Assembly (NCBI RefSeq): GCF_001194135.2
Contig: NC_068995.1
Span: 22,086,151 to 22,149,747 of the forward strand
Direction: 5' to 3'
Source of the DNA: Octopus bimaculoides
Taxonomy: Eukaryota
DNA length: 63,597 bases
The position numbers were made by a program, and so were the translations under genes. Positions 52,126-63,597 of this stretch are shown piece after piece (positions within the stretch are counted from its first letter, which is position 1; each line of letters starts with the position of its first letter). The notes under the pieces are model-generated. The model ran no database searches and had not been told where the DNA came from. It saw nothing but the letters and a program-made list of their open reading frames with translations.

Positions 52126-53867
52126 CCAATGTGGACATACACGATTTCTCATACGGTGATTTAAAACTTCTAAGTGTTCGACGAAATTTATAAGACACAT
52201 TATAAAGTGCATGAGATAAATCCGTATACTATTACATGCATGCTATATTGGCTTCTCGCACCAATATTACATTCATGACATTAAATGGAGAAATAGAAAA
52301 GAAAATTTAGATTTACATAATACGAGCTTAAAGAAAAATAACAATTAAATATATAATGATAATGCATTTATTACTTCTGCAACCCTACTATATTTCTGTT
52401 ATGATTAGTTATTTTCTACGTGATGAAGTAGGACAATAGTAATCATTTAAATTGACGACACCGCAACGCTATGGTTGTTTAGGCAGAAATTTAAACCAGA
52501 CTTCACGAAAAAGGAGCTAAATGCAGTAAAACATCTGCTCTAGTGCTCTACCGTTTTGGTCAAATGGCACTTACATCTACAGCTATTAGCTCAAGCATAT
52601 AAATCTTAATATTGATTTTACTTTATATGTATAATTCAAATGTAATATGAATGGCTATGCCATTTGCATTTCACATTTACCCACTGATTATATTAAAATG
52701 TATGCTGCGAATGTAAGCCATTGATAAACTGTTTCATATTAAAGTGCACATGAATTGCATATGTATCTACAATACATATTTCATTATTACGATGGCTAAA
52801 CGGATAACATTCTTATTTGAACTGAAAGTAAAGTACAACTTGGATTCATATAAACTCTCAATTAAGCTTCCGAAAGTGCCAGAACATAACTATTAATCTT
52901 AATGTATAGTTTGTAGAATTCGATATAAACAGTGTTTAAATCGCTAGTCATATCTGCATAAGCGCAGGATAGTATGTAATTCCGGGGATAAAGCGAGGCA
53001 TAATTGCGACATATACAATTTACAATTATAGAAGAAAAATATGAAGTCTCTATCATGGGTGCACCATTTCATATAATCAGGATTTGCCAACAACAATTAT
53101 GGTAAGAGAACTAAACTTCATGTACAGAACTGAGATTCTCTGACATTATTGAATTATTTTCCAAATACACGTCTACATTTATAACACTTTTTAATGTAAT
53201 CTTGTCTGTTTAAATTTACTCGGTTCCATTTCAATCTATTATAGTATGTATTGTTGTGTGAATGCAGAGAATCTGCTTATTGAAAACATCTGTGCAAGTT
53301 AATACCCATGCAAAGGGATTGATATAATGCGTGTGTATATGTGTGTCATATGATAATTTCATCATTTTCTTCGCTGTTCACTTCTGCAAATATAAAACTT
53401 TTGATACAAAATTGTAACTGTTGCATTATTTACTTATGCACTGGTAGTTAATAAACATTTCCAGTTATTAATTTCCTATGTGAATAGATGTTTCCAGACA
53501 TCTGAGATGCACCAAAATAACTCCTCCTTAACCTGAGGGACGAATCAGTCATAGGTTACGTTTCCAAGAAGAGATAACATAATTTAGTTCACGCACCATT
53601 TAATCAGTATTGTATTTATTTTACTTTAACTAATATTTGGGTTTGCAGCATTTATGTGGTTGCAGTAGACTTGAAGATGGTATGTGCAAATGGATGATTT
53701 TGACACAGCAATGAATTACATGATGCATTGCTAATGGTTGTCCAAAAAACGGCTCAATAAACATAGTAAGCGGACAATCAAGCCAAAAGGCAAATGCTTT
53801 ATATAAGAAAATGCTCTTGATCGTTGTTAATAACAATGAAACAATTAATAAAAGTAGTTCTGTTCAG

Positions 53868-54010
53868 CAAGAGATATCGAATAAGTGAGACAAGGAAAAT
53901 ATTACAATGTTCAGAACTATGTTGACAAGATTAAATTGTCAAGCATTATATCATTCGGTTTATAAAAACGATAAGTTTCTATGCATTTTTTTACTTTTCC
54001 TTCTTTTTTT
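53868..54010. repeat. About 143-bp direct repeat, copy 2
   Basis: Matches 51506-51648. Confidence 0.9.
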
Positions 54011-54113
54011 CATTCTTTCTCTCTGACTGGTCATCTCTCTGTGTGCATCTATGCATATACATACATTTATATCAATGTTGTATACATCCATCCATCCATC
54101 CATCCATCCATCC

Positions 54114-54181
<68 letters not shown>

Positions 54182-54699
54182 CACTCCCTCTCTCTCCCTC
54201 TCTCTCTCCCNNNNNNNNNNNNNNNNNNNNNNNNNNNNNNNNNNNNNNNNNNNNNNNNNNNNNNNNNNNNNNNNNNNNNNNNNNNNNNNNNNNNNNNNNN
54301 NNNNNNNNNNNNNNNNNNNNNNNNNNNNNNNNNNNNNNNNNNNNNNNNNNNNNNNNNNNNNNNNNNNNNNNNNNNNNNNNNNNNNNNNNNNNNNNNNNNN
54401 NNNNNNNNNNNNNNNNNNNNNNNNNNNNNNNNNNNNNNNNNNNNNNNNNNNNNNNNNNNNNNNNNNNNNNNNNNNNNNNNNNNNNNNNNNNNNNNNNNNN
54501 NNNNNNNNNNNNNNNNNNNNNNNNNNNNNNNNNNNNNNNNNNNNNNNNNNNNNNGGAAATGTAAGGGGAAAGTAAGCAGAAAAATAACCGAAGATGCATA
54601 TTGAAAATCAAAAAAATTAAGGCTTTTTATGAAAAGTAACGATAGATGTATACAATTAGATGAACTGAGGTATGATTAAAGGTAATAAAAGTCATTATT

Positions 54700-56351
54700 G
54701 TGAGTTGTTAAAGAGATTTAAAAGCATACCGGTTTCGTAATATTACTAATCATTGCTTTGAATGCACACCGAATTCTGAACGGTTTCAAGTCTATTAGTC
54801 CCTTAGTAAAAATATTATGTGTAAGTGAGGTACGTAGTTCTGGATTTAGTGCAATTAGGGTAGATCTGGATCTGGAATGTGAATGGTGTATGGGATGTAT
54901 GGGGGTTAGTGGTATTAAATGGAAGATTAGTAGTGTTCTGTATTATGTTGTGTTCATATTTAGTTCAGGAAGATATTTATTAATGAAAATCGCCTCTTTA
55001 TTCATTCTTTGTTGTGTTGAGGTGTTCTGTGGACATTGATAGAAGGGAAAAATTAGGAAATTAGGATAAAGATTCCTCGCACACCTTTCTATGTGTCCAT
55101 TGACCTGTATCTGTCTGTAATGTGGGTGGCGGATTTGTTCTTTGTGGAGAGTTGTTCTTCTACGGAGTGATAATCCTGTTTGGCCAATATAGTTATTACT
55201 GCACCTTAAGCATGTAATGGCATAGATTAGATTTTCCGATGCACAGGTGAAATTTTATTTAATCTTAAATATTTCACCTTGTATAAAGTGGAACTCCGAA
55301 CGCTCCAAAAGGTGGTGGCAAGTACCTCAGTTAGTTCGACCATATTTTTTCACTTTTGGTTCTGTTGTTAATGAAAATAGTCTTGCGCTGGTTAATATTT
55401 TTTTTCATTGATTTAGGTTGCATTTTACTTTTGATAATTGTGTGTGAGTCTAAAATTTTGTTCATTGTTTTATCTCTTGTGAGGATGAGTAGATTTTGGA
55501 TGATAACGTTAAAGACGTCGTTGTTTCTAGGGTTATGTGTGGAGATGTATGGGAGTATTTTAAATTCTGGTTTAGTATTTCGGTTGACTTCCCTTAATGT
55601 ATGTTTGTCTATTTCCTTAGCTCGGTTGATTCCATCATTTATTAATGATATTGGGTATCTTTTGATTAGTATTGATCTGAGTTCAAGGAGTCTTCGTTCA
55701 CGAGTCTAGGAGTCCGAAACTATGGTACAGATTCTTTTCGTTAGATTATAAGGTATATTAATTTTTCATGTGTTTGGGATGACATGAGTTGAATTATAGG
55801 TATTGTTTAGAATCTGTAGGTTTATAGAAGATGTCTGTTTCTATGTGGTTATTGACTATTTTAATTAGGATGTCAAGAAAAAGGAGTTGTTTACTGCTGT
55901 GTTCCATGGTTAATTGTATGTTGCTATTAATATTGTTAAGCATTATTTTGAAATCGAGGAGTTTGTCCATGCTGTCTTTCCAAAGTATAAAACAATCATC
56001 CAAATACCTCTTCCAGTTCTCCTTTAAATAGCAATGAAAAGAGATGCCATATTTTTGTAATGATGATTGATATATTTTAAGTTCTATGATATACATTATT
56101 ACTTTGACTTCAGATTTTCACTTTAGATACTGAAGACAATATCATCTGTTATACCAACCTTTGAACCCATTACAAGGTTCGCAATCACTGGCGCAGCTCG
56201 GGGTCCTCATTGCAATTCCACATTTTTGTCAATAGTAAGCTGTATCGAACATGAAATAGTTGTTCAGTAGGATATACCCACAAGCGATTCCAGGGTGCAT
56301 CAACCACAGATTCATAATCACAGCACTCAAATTCATCCTACTGAACAACTA
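54700..56351 (-). mobile_element. 5'-truncated PLE (RT C-terminal half, thumb, GIY-YIG) with an inverted 5' segment
   Basis: ILLNNYF, CGIAM..AAPVIANLVMG, WKRYLDDCF, YKPTDSKQYL, and NFTCASENLIYAITCLRCSNNYIGQTG...RHP. Closely related to 42480-44430. Confidence 0.9.
54721..54759 (-). ncRNA. Minimal type I hammerhead with an A3-U8 core swap at the PLE 3' end
   Basis: aaagca-ATGATTA-gtaatattac-GAAAC-cg-GTA-tgcttt: 6-bp stem I, palindromic stem II and stem III (ACCGGT). Confidence 0.7.
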
Positions 56352-56857
56352 GTTCTTATAGATTGCATTCACAGATTTAGGGCTATACAAATTAGTGGTT
56401 CTCTGTTTTTGTTGTTTTGTTTGTTTTTTTATTCAATATTTCCAAGAGAAATGTGACTATATAACTAAGCTATTTTGTACAATCCTGTGCACTGTTTTCA
56501 TTGAACGGAACAAACAACACAAGCATGTACACGAATATTCGTTAACTGACAATAGCATGTACCGTTTCTAATGCTAAGCACGTTGAGGTAAATAGAACTG
56601 AAAAAGTAACATTCTCAGATTATGAGCGACTTTTACTCACCTCTATGGATTGCTCCAGTGGATTAGAAAATCGAAATCGAAGGTAGACCGCAGCCACAAT
56701 ATGTCTCGCGATAACTGTTTCAGCCTCTCTGTATATACAATATACCTCTTTATGTACAAATACCACTGATGTCAAATATAGGTCACATATTCCCAAGATA
56801 AACAAATTACTACCTAGTTACTTCTATCTCATATTTTCTGTATCATTCACACAGTAG

Positions 56858-56921
<64 letters not shown>

Positions 56922-58899
56922 CAGAGAGATAGATAGATAGATAGATAGATAGATATATAGATAGTTGAGGCCATAGGTTAGCTATTCAGAAGCACGCAAG
57001 GACCGTTAACTTCACTCGTGATATAGTGTCAAAATTTTCGTCGCGCGAAACTACCACCTGTTCACTAACAAAAAATATACTGTTTCTTGTGATAAGTACA
57101 TCGATACCAACATATTTGAAGCCGTTCTATGTGAGTTTCTTCTTATTCCAAAATCAACATCTTGCTGAAATGTGTGCAATATTATTTTCCTTGAATTGAG
57201 AAATTGTTTTATGGTAGATGAGTGTTCGTTAAAGCACCATCGACATACCTGGCAATATTTAATCTCAACTCTATATTAAGTCCAATGCCATACTCACATA
57301 CGTTCACTTTCACTCTGAGAACAACTAAATAATTGTGAAAATGTGTAAAAGAGGACGGCGAAAGAACAGACGTAATTCCTTCATTTTAAGGCCCTACATC
57401 TTTAGCGAAATTTTAGTTTATAAAGCGAAAAGTCTTTCCCGATTTCGGGGAAATTACTGACCTTATAACATTGGTTATAAGCTTTATAACCATACTGAAC
57501 ATATAGACATTATTTGGCGTTATACTTTGACTTCAGATTTGCACTTTAGATACTGAAGACAATATCATCTGTTATACCAACCTTTGAACATGTACGTCCT
57601 TGAGTATGTCAGAGCTTGTTTTTTTTTTATCTAGCTTTAGAAATTATTTTATGCTTTTACTGTACAGCCGAACATATTTCCGAATGCCTTTGGAATATGT
57701 AATATTTTATGATTCCTGTTTCATGTTATAATGAGGGAATATCATATATAATGCAAATAAGCATTTGCATGCGTGTATCTATCTATCCATCAATCTATCT
57801 ATCTATATCGAAACTGTGTTCATGATTTGCTCATCATCCATTTATACATTTTGTACAATTTCTCCATTACATATATTACATATATATACTGTTCCTTGAA
57901 ATAATAGATTCTTCATGTGGTCTATGTGATAAAAAGTGGCGTGATGGCCATATTTCTTTGCAGCGCTTTTCATCATCCCCATGATATACATTATTACGAT
58001 TGGAAACATATTCAATCCTAAAATTCTGGATATGTTTATTGCCAAGAGATTCTATATGATAATTATTCCATATATTGAAAAAGAATATTGTCGACTATTG
58101 AAATTGGTGTGTGGATAGATATATTTTCGTGATAAGCCTCTATAATAATATCTAGACAGTTTACCTGATTCCCTCTCTGTTCTTTTCAACTGCACGTTAA
58201 AATAATTTCTATAGTATTATTTTTCAGTTGGTGCTACATTCTGTTGGCAGAGTGTTTGCAATGTATTGATTTCTAATGTATTTTATGCCTTTTTGATAAA
58301 TTATTTTGTACAGGAAAGACAAACAAATTCTTTTGTTTAAAACAGGTTTGGCGCTTTTTGTATCTTTGAATTGCTGGAGATTTATGGAGATTATTCAGCA
58401 TTTTGTATGGTGGATATGTTTTTATTTATTTTTTCCTTGTGTGTATATGTATCTTTCATATTATTTCCTCTTATAGAGTATGCATTTTTGTACTTGATCT
58501 TTTTAAAGATTTTAATTTTCCTGAATTTTGTTGAATTTTCCAAGTAGTTTAGCTGGACTGCATGTGGCTGCGGCATTGATCATGCTGGAGGAGTTCATTG
58601 TAGTATTTGTTAACACAATTTTTATATTGATGCAATTCCTGTGCACTTATTCCTCTTTATAATTATGATTTTATTTATGTACTTATTTTTAAATCGAATG
58701 TCATTTTTGGACCAATTACAATATATTTTTTTTAAGTATTCATATAATATTCATTGGTTTTAATGTGAAAATGCAAATACTTCATAATTATGAGAACTGA
58801 AAACAGTTCTCCTATGCAATAGCCTATATATAACCTTTATTGAATTTTCAGTTCTCTTGTTTTGTTTTATTTCTATTTTGTAAATGTTTAATACATTTT

Positions 58900-59800
58900 C
58901 TTATGCCATGTCTATCTTCCACATTTTAGTATTTTGAAATCGCTTAATCCTTCTCTCTGATTTTCCAATCTTGACCCTTGGATACGCTTCAGAATTATTG
59001 TATGCTGCATTATATTATGAAATATGACAGTAATATATGAATATTGTGGTTTTTGGTTTCAAATAAATGAGGCTATTCCATATAACAGGACAAATGCAGA
59101 CATCACTGTTAATGTGTGTACGATAGTTTCTAGGACTTCTGTTTACTTCTACTGCAACTCAGACAAGATAGACTCTTTCCTCAGTGTTTTCCAAATAGAT
59201 AGTATATAGAAGCAGATACATGAGCATAGGAAGGAATTTGGGAGAAATTTATTTCAATTTTCAGCGAATCCTACAGCAGATCAGAGGACTCCTTATTGGA
59301 TCCTTTTTACGTTGGTTCTTAATAAGATATGGTGATAATAGAAGGGCGATATACTGATGGACAAGTGTTGGCAGTGTAAATATATTTGATTATATGAATC
59401 TACAGATGGAAAAATCGAAGAGATATCAATAAAGAATACATGAGAGATATTTAAATGAAGTTGAGAATAACAAAGTCATGAGGAAATATCCTGAGATAAA
59501 GCAATTATTCAGTGTTGGGAATTGGTAGTGTATAATATTAAAGGAAACTTAGTACTCCTGCACTCTAGTCGTACATGCGTTTCGATTTAGCTTCTCATAT
59601 AGAACTATACATAAGCCGACAATTGTTGAGAATCTGATGTTCGATGTTATTAAAGTTGCTATTTCTTCATATCTGAAAAATAGTTCACTGTTTCTACTTT
59701 CGATTGCTAGAATCGTATTTAGGTATAATTAACCATACACCTATTTAATGCAGTGTTTTCGTGTTATTGTTTGCAATATGTAAATTAAGATAATAAATCT
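58900..59800 (-). mobile_element. Possible heavily decayed LINE RT
   Basis: Only motif echoes (DMKK..FNNIEHQIL; VLLYG); no intact YADD found. Confidence 0.3.
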
Positions 59801-60163
59801 ATGACTGTAAGCGACCATATCATATTCAAACAAATGGCTTTCGTCCGAACAATGATTATAATAGTCATTACATTAATTTCGTTTTTCCTCTAAAGTGCTA
59901 ACTACAACCTATATTTATTGTACATAAATATATTCTATGGTTTTATCAATAGAAATATAAAATCATCAATGGCATCATCAAAATTACCGCCGCCACCCTG
60001 CACCATCACCATCTACTGTTATTTCCACTATCATCGTCACTGCTACTATCACCACAATCGGTTGTCATGCAATGTTGGGGGGACAAACACATACACACAC
60101 ACACACACACACACATACACACACACACACACACACATACACACACATATACATATATATATA

Positions 60164-60323
60164 CGACGGGCTTCTTTTAGTTTCCGTCTACCAGATCCAC
60201 TCACAAGGCTGTGGTCGTCGGTCCGAGGCTATAGTAGAAGACACTTGCCCAAGGTGCCACGCAGTGGGAATGAACCCGGAACCATGTGGTTGGTAAGCAA
60301 ACTACCTGCCACAGAGCCACCCC
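60164..60323 (-). mobile_element. SINE family A 5' half
   Basis: Reverse complement of 8393-8514 with few mismatches. Confidence 0.9.
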
Positions 60324-60344
60324 TATATATATATATCCCTACAT

Positions 60345-62770
60345 ATTCTTGCCGGCACTTATTGTATTTTCTTCATTATGTGCTTTTTTATGTTTTCTTG
60401 TGTGTAGGCTTTTAACTTGTGCAGTAGTTAAAAACCTTCAGCCTAGCCTCTGCTTCGAGTCCCGTGCTTCTCAAATATTGAGATTTTAATTTCTCTATTG
60501 CGTTTCTGTTTATCTTATTGCAGTATTTGTCAAGTAAGGGCTTTTTTTACCATCGTTTTATCATGTTATTTTGTAGTTCCAGTTTTAGCTTCGGATTCAG
60601 TTCCATCACAACTTTTTGCCTGTTGTATTTTGTTTTCATAGCAATCAGTAGTATTATGGTAATTATTTACACTAGATTTCTCAGTGTATAAGGTCTCTAT
60701 CACCTTCAATCCATTGTATGAATAATCTTTTCATGACAAATTTTTGGTGGGGTTTTTTTCTTAAGACCGACATTCTTGTGTTGTTTTCTGTCTTATTTGG
60801 CTTGAGTCTACAGTTAATAATATTCTAACTGAAGCGTATAACTGGGACAGCTACTCTATTTATTGTTATGATATTATTTCTCACATTGTATTAAGTCCTA
60901 ATCTAATTTGTCTATAATATTCCTTCCTTATCTTATCTTTCAATTGCATGTATCAGCGCCAGAAAGAAAAAAAGGAGTGTAGAGAGTGAGTGGTATTGGA
61001 ATATTCCTCTTCCCATGGGAATGGATTTAGTTTTTATGTTTCCCTCTCTTGTCTTAGCTGCAGAAATGTTTACCACTTATTCATGACATGAATAATAGTT
61101 TTATTTTTGTATTTCATTATTGTTGTTCGGGGATATTGTAAAAACCTCCCGGTTATCGATCCAACTCCAGCCCATGCTTAGATCCTTCTTAATCTCGGCA
61201 GTATTCAGTTATGTTTTTGTGTATATCAATAACTGGTCTTTTACAACCATATAACTTGCGTTCTGCTCTTCGGGAAAGAGGTTGTTCTTTGGTAGATGTC
61301 TGCCATTTGAAAGTTGAGGCTTAGTAGCTTATAGGGAGACACGCTATGGGTCGGTACTTTTGCTGGTTTCCAATTTCAGTAGATTTAAGGAGTAGGATAG
61401 TTTCTGCCTTCCATGAACAATTCAGGTGTTGACTCTAACTTCGTTATTATCTCATTAAACCTCAATGCCAGCGCTTTGTGCGTACCAGTTAAGTATTTCA
61501 GCCGAAATTGTAAATCGTGCGTCTGAATGCTTTCCCGTTCTTTAACCTATGTGCTACCTTGGTTGCTGCTACTGCTCTTATAGATATCCAAAGTTATTCA
61601 AATGCCTTTTTTTTTCTCTGTTTTGCCTTAATTGTTCTTTTCTTGGGTAGTTCCTTCATCACCAACATTTCTAACCGAAATTCTTCCACATCTACTGCTG
61701 CTGGTCTGCCTCGATCTCGAATTCATTTTTACGAACTTCTAGTTAAGATACTTTTGGACTGGAGTTAAACTGCTTATTTTATTCAAAGAATCGTTGACAT
61801 TCTTAATACTAACGGATTCTTTGTGCTTTGGCTTAGGATATTTTGCTTTAGATATATATATTTTTGTTATTGCATATTTCTGTAGTATTTTCCTTCTTTA
61901 TTGTTTAGTAGTCGTGTTTGGTTACTGATCCTATTAAGGATTCACATCACTTTCTGGATATTAGTTTTCTATAACATTCGTTTAGACTGTGATGCACTAT
62001 GTGCATACTAGTTAAATACTTGGATGGTTTTGAGCTAGAATCCACTTTCTCTTGTAGTTAGAGAGGCTGCCGCATATGTTCTTTTATTTAGTCTGTTCAT
62101 ATTGATATTTGTTTCTGATGTGATTAAGTCTATGACAGCCAAATTTCTATTGTCATTCTAATCGATGTCTTATTATTAATTCTAATTGTGGGGAGGTACA
62201 GTCAACGGTACATAACTAAGATCTCTTATGGCTTCTAATTCATTGACTATACACAAATTTATTGTTTCAGATCTCATTGTTTCCAGTTTTTAGGTTTACT
62301 CCACATTTCATCCCGTTAGTAATTTTCTTTGGTTCTGTTTTGTTGTATCTTACTCATCATTATACATCTTTAGGTTTTTAATTTGTTGTTTCTTTACTTT
62401 GATTGTTGCACGTCTTACACCTATTTTCGCGTTTTGCATTTGCAGTACTTCTGTTATTGCTAAGTATTCTATGCGCACTATGTGTTTTTGTGATGAGTTT
62501 CTTTTTTTTTAATGCTGCATTTCAATTTCTAATACTTTTCTCGTTTTGAGGATGTCTCCTCGTTTTGGTTACTTTGTTTTGCTTTACCGATATAACCAGA
62601 TCTGGATTATTTTTGTTTCAGACTTAATATAAGTATTCTGGTCTACTGTCGTTTTGTACGTAGAGTAATGTTGTAACATATGCATGCTAGAAAGAAACGT
62701 ATTCCTCTCGTGAACGCTTGAGTATTTTTTCTTATTTGCGGAGTGTGAGGAATAACGCCCCACCATTTAT
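60345..62770 (-). mobile_element. Decayed R4/Dong-like (restriction-like endonuclease group) non-LTR retrotransposon
   Basis: LKYLTGTHKALALRFNEII, GRTILLLKS...YRPIACLP, YGCK-DQLLI, LSMGW.ID, GRGIFQ, KDKIRKEYYRQIR, GLEAE. Clade call is from recalled motif similarity; the 5' boundary is approximate. Confidence 0.75.
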
Positions 62771-63225
62771 TCAGATCTTCCTCGCTTGCATAGGGTACCG
62801 TTCTGCTCGTTTCTGGTGGTAAAGAGTTTGCATGCGTAATATTTTGTACTTTTTGAATAATAAATTTAAAGTACTCACATCCCGATTGTTATACCTGAGC
62901 CTCATTCAATTTCTAAAGTTTTGAATGTTTCACCACTTCTTGTGTATCATGGTGGGTGACAGAGCTGCCCATCTGTTTAATAGGAACCGTAATCTGGCGA
63001 TAGTAATGCCATGTTTACAACGTGTAAAAATTTATAATACATCATTTAACGTAGAAAATATAAATAGATTTTAACGAGTATTACTTACAAGGTTATTTTC
63101 CAACATTTTGAGAGTGTTTTTGGTTACATTCGTTGTATTTATTCACGATGTTTTGAGGTGATTTTGGAGAAATGCTTTATCGTTCTCATACGGTAAACCT
63201 TCCCGGTGTTCTCTTATACTTGCTT

Positions 63226-63597
63226 TCATTATTATTATTATTGAGTGAGCGAGCAGTGCATGCCATCAAAGTGACACTGGTGTAAAATATACAAATCCCA
63301 ATATACCCATCAGGACTACCCGTCTGATAAGGGTACACCAGGCACATGAATCACAACCATATGTGCGCGACATGGTGATCTCATATCAAGAAAAACAGCG
63401 CAAGACCTAGCAGGTGGGGCCCAGTTAGAATTTTTTTCAGGTCGAGTAGCCCATCCCGCTCAAAAGGTCCCTGAATAAGGTTTGTTTAAGGATGTTGAGC
63501 AAAACACCCATGTCTCCAAAGGTGAATTATTCAAACCCCAAAGAACTCCTCTGAGCACATGGCTATGATGCTCCCCCACTACTTCTGCTCGTGATCA
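63226..63597 (-). mobile_element. Probable LINE 3' end with a (TAA)n tail, running off the window
   Basis: GC-richer block ending, on the minus strand, in ctcactcaataataataat. Confidence 0.5.

Noticed and set aside
1-63597. CRISPR array, rRNA, prokaryotic operon or prophage
   Set aside because: No regularly spaced repeat-spacer array, no rRNA-like segment and no gene-dense region; the sequence is eukaryotic intergenic or intronic.

Overview
AT-rich, microsatellite-dense eukaryotic scaffold with many N gaps, nearly all flanked by simple repeats. The SINE families look octopus-like; this is inferred from repeat content only. I can support no intact host gene: almost every ORF in the track is a microsatellite or N translation, or a transposon fragment. 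The window is a transposon graveyard. It holds at least six decayed Penelope-like retroelement (PLE) fragments, RTE-type and R4/Dong-like LINE remnants, several mariner/Tc1 and hAT remnants or MITEs, and three tRNA-derived SINE families. Most notable: (1) a decayed PLE at 3242-6115 whose N-terminal domain reads in frame into a Ulp1/SENP-like (clan CE) cysteine-protease domain and begins with a 2A-like NPGP motif; (2) many minimal type I hammerhead-ribozyme motifs at PLE ends and in small inverted-arm non-coding elements, two with compensatory swaps of the core 3-8 pair (A3-U8, U3-A8); (3) repair and insertion footprints, namely a twin-priming-like 5' inversion and a 67-bp templated insertion. 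All translations and folds were done by eye and need computational confirmation.
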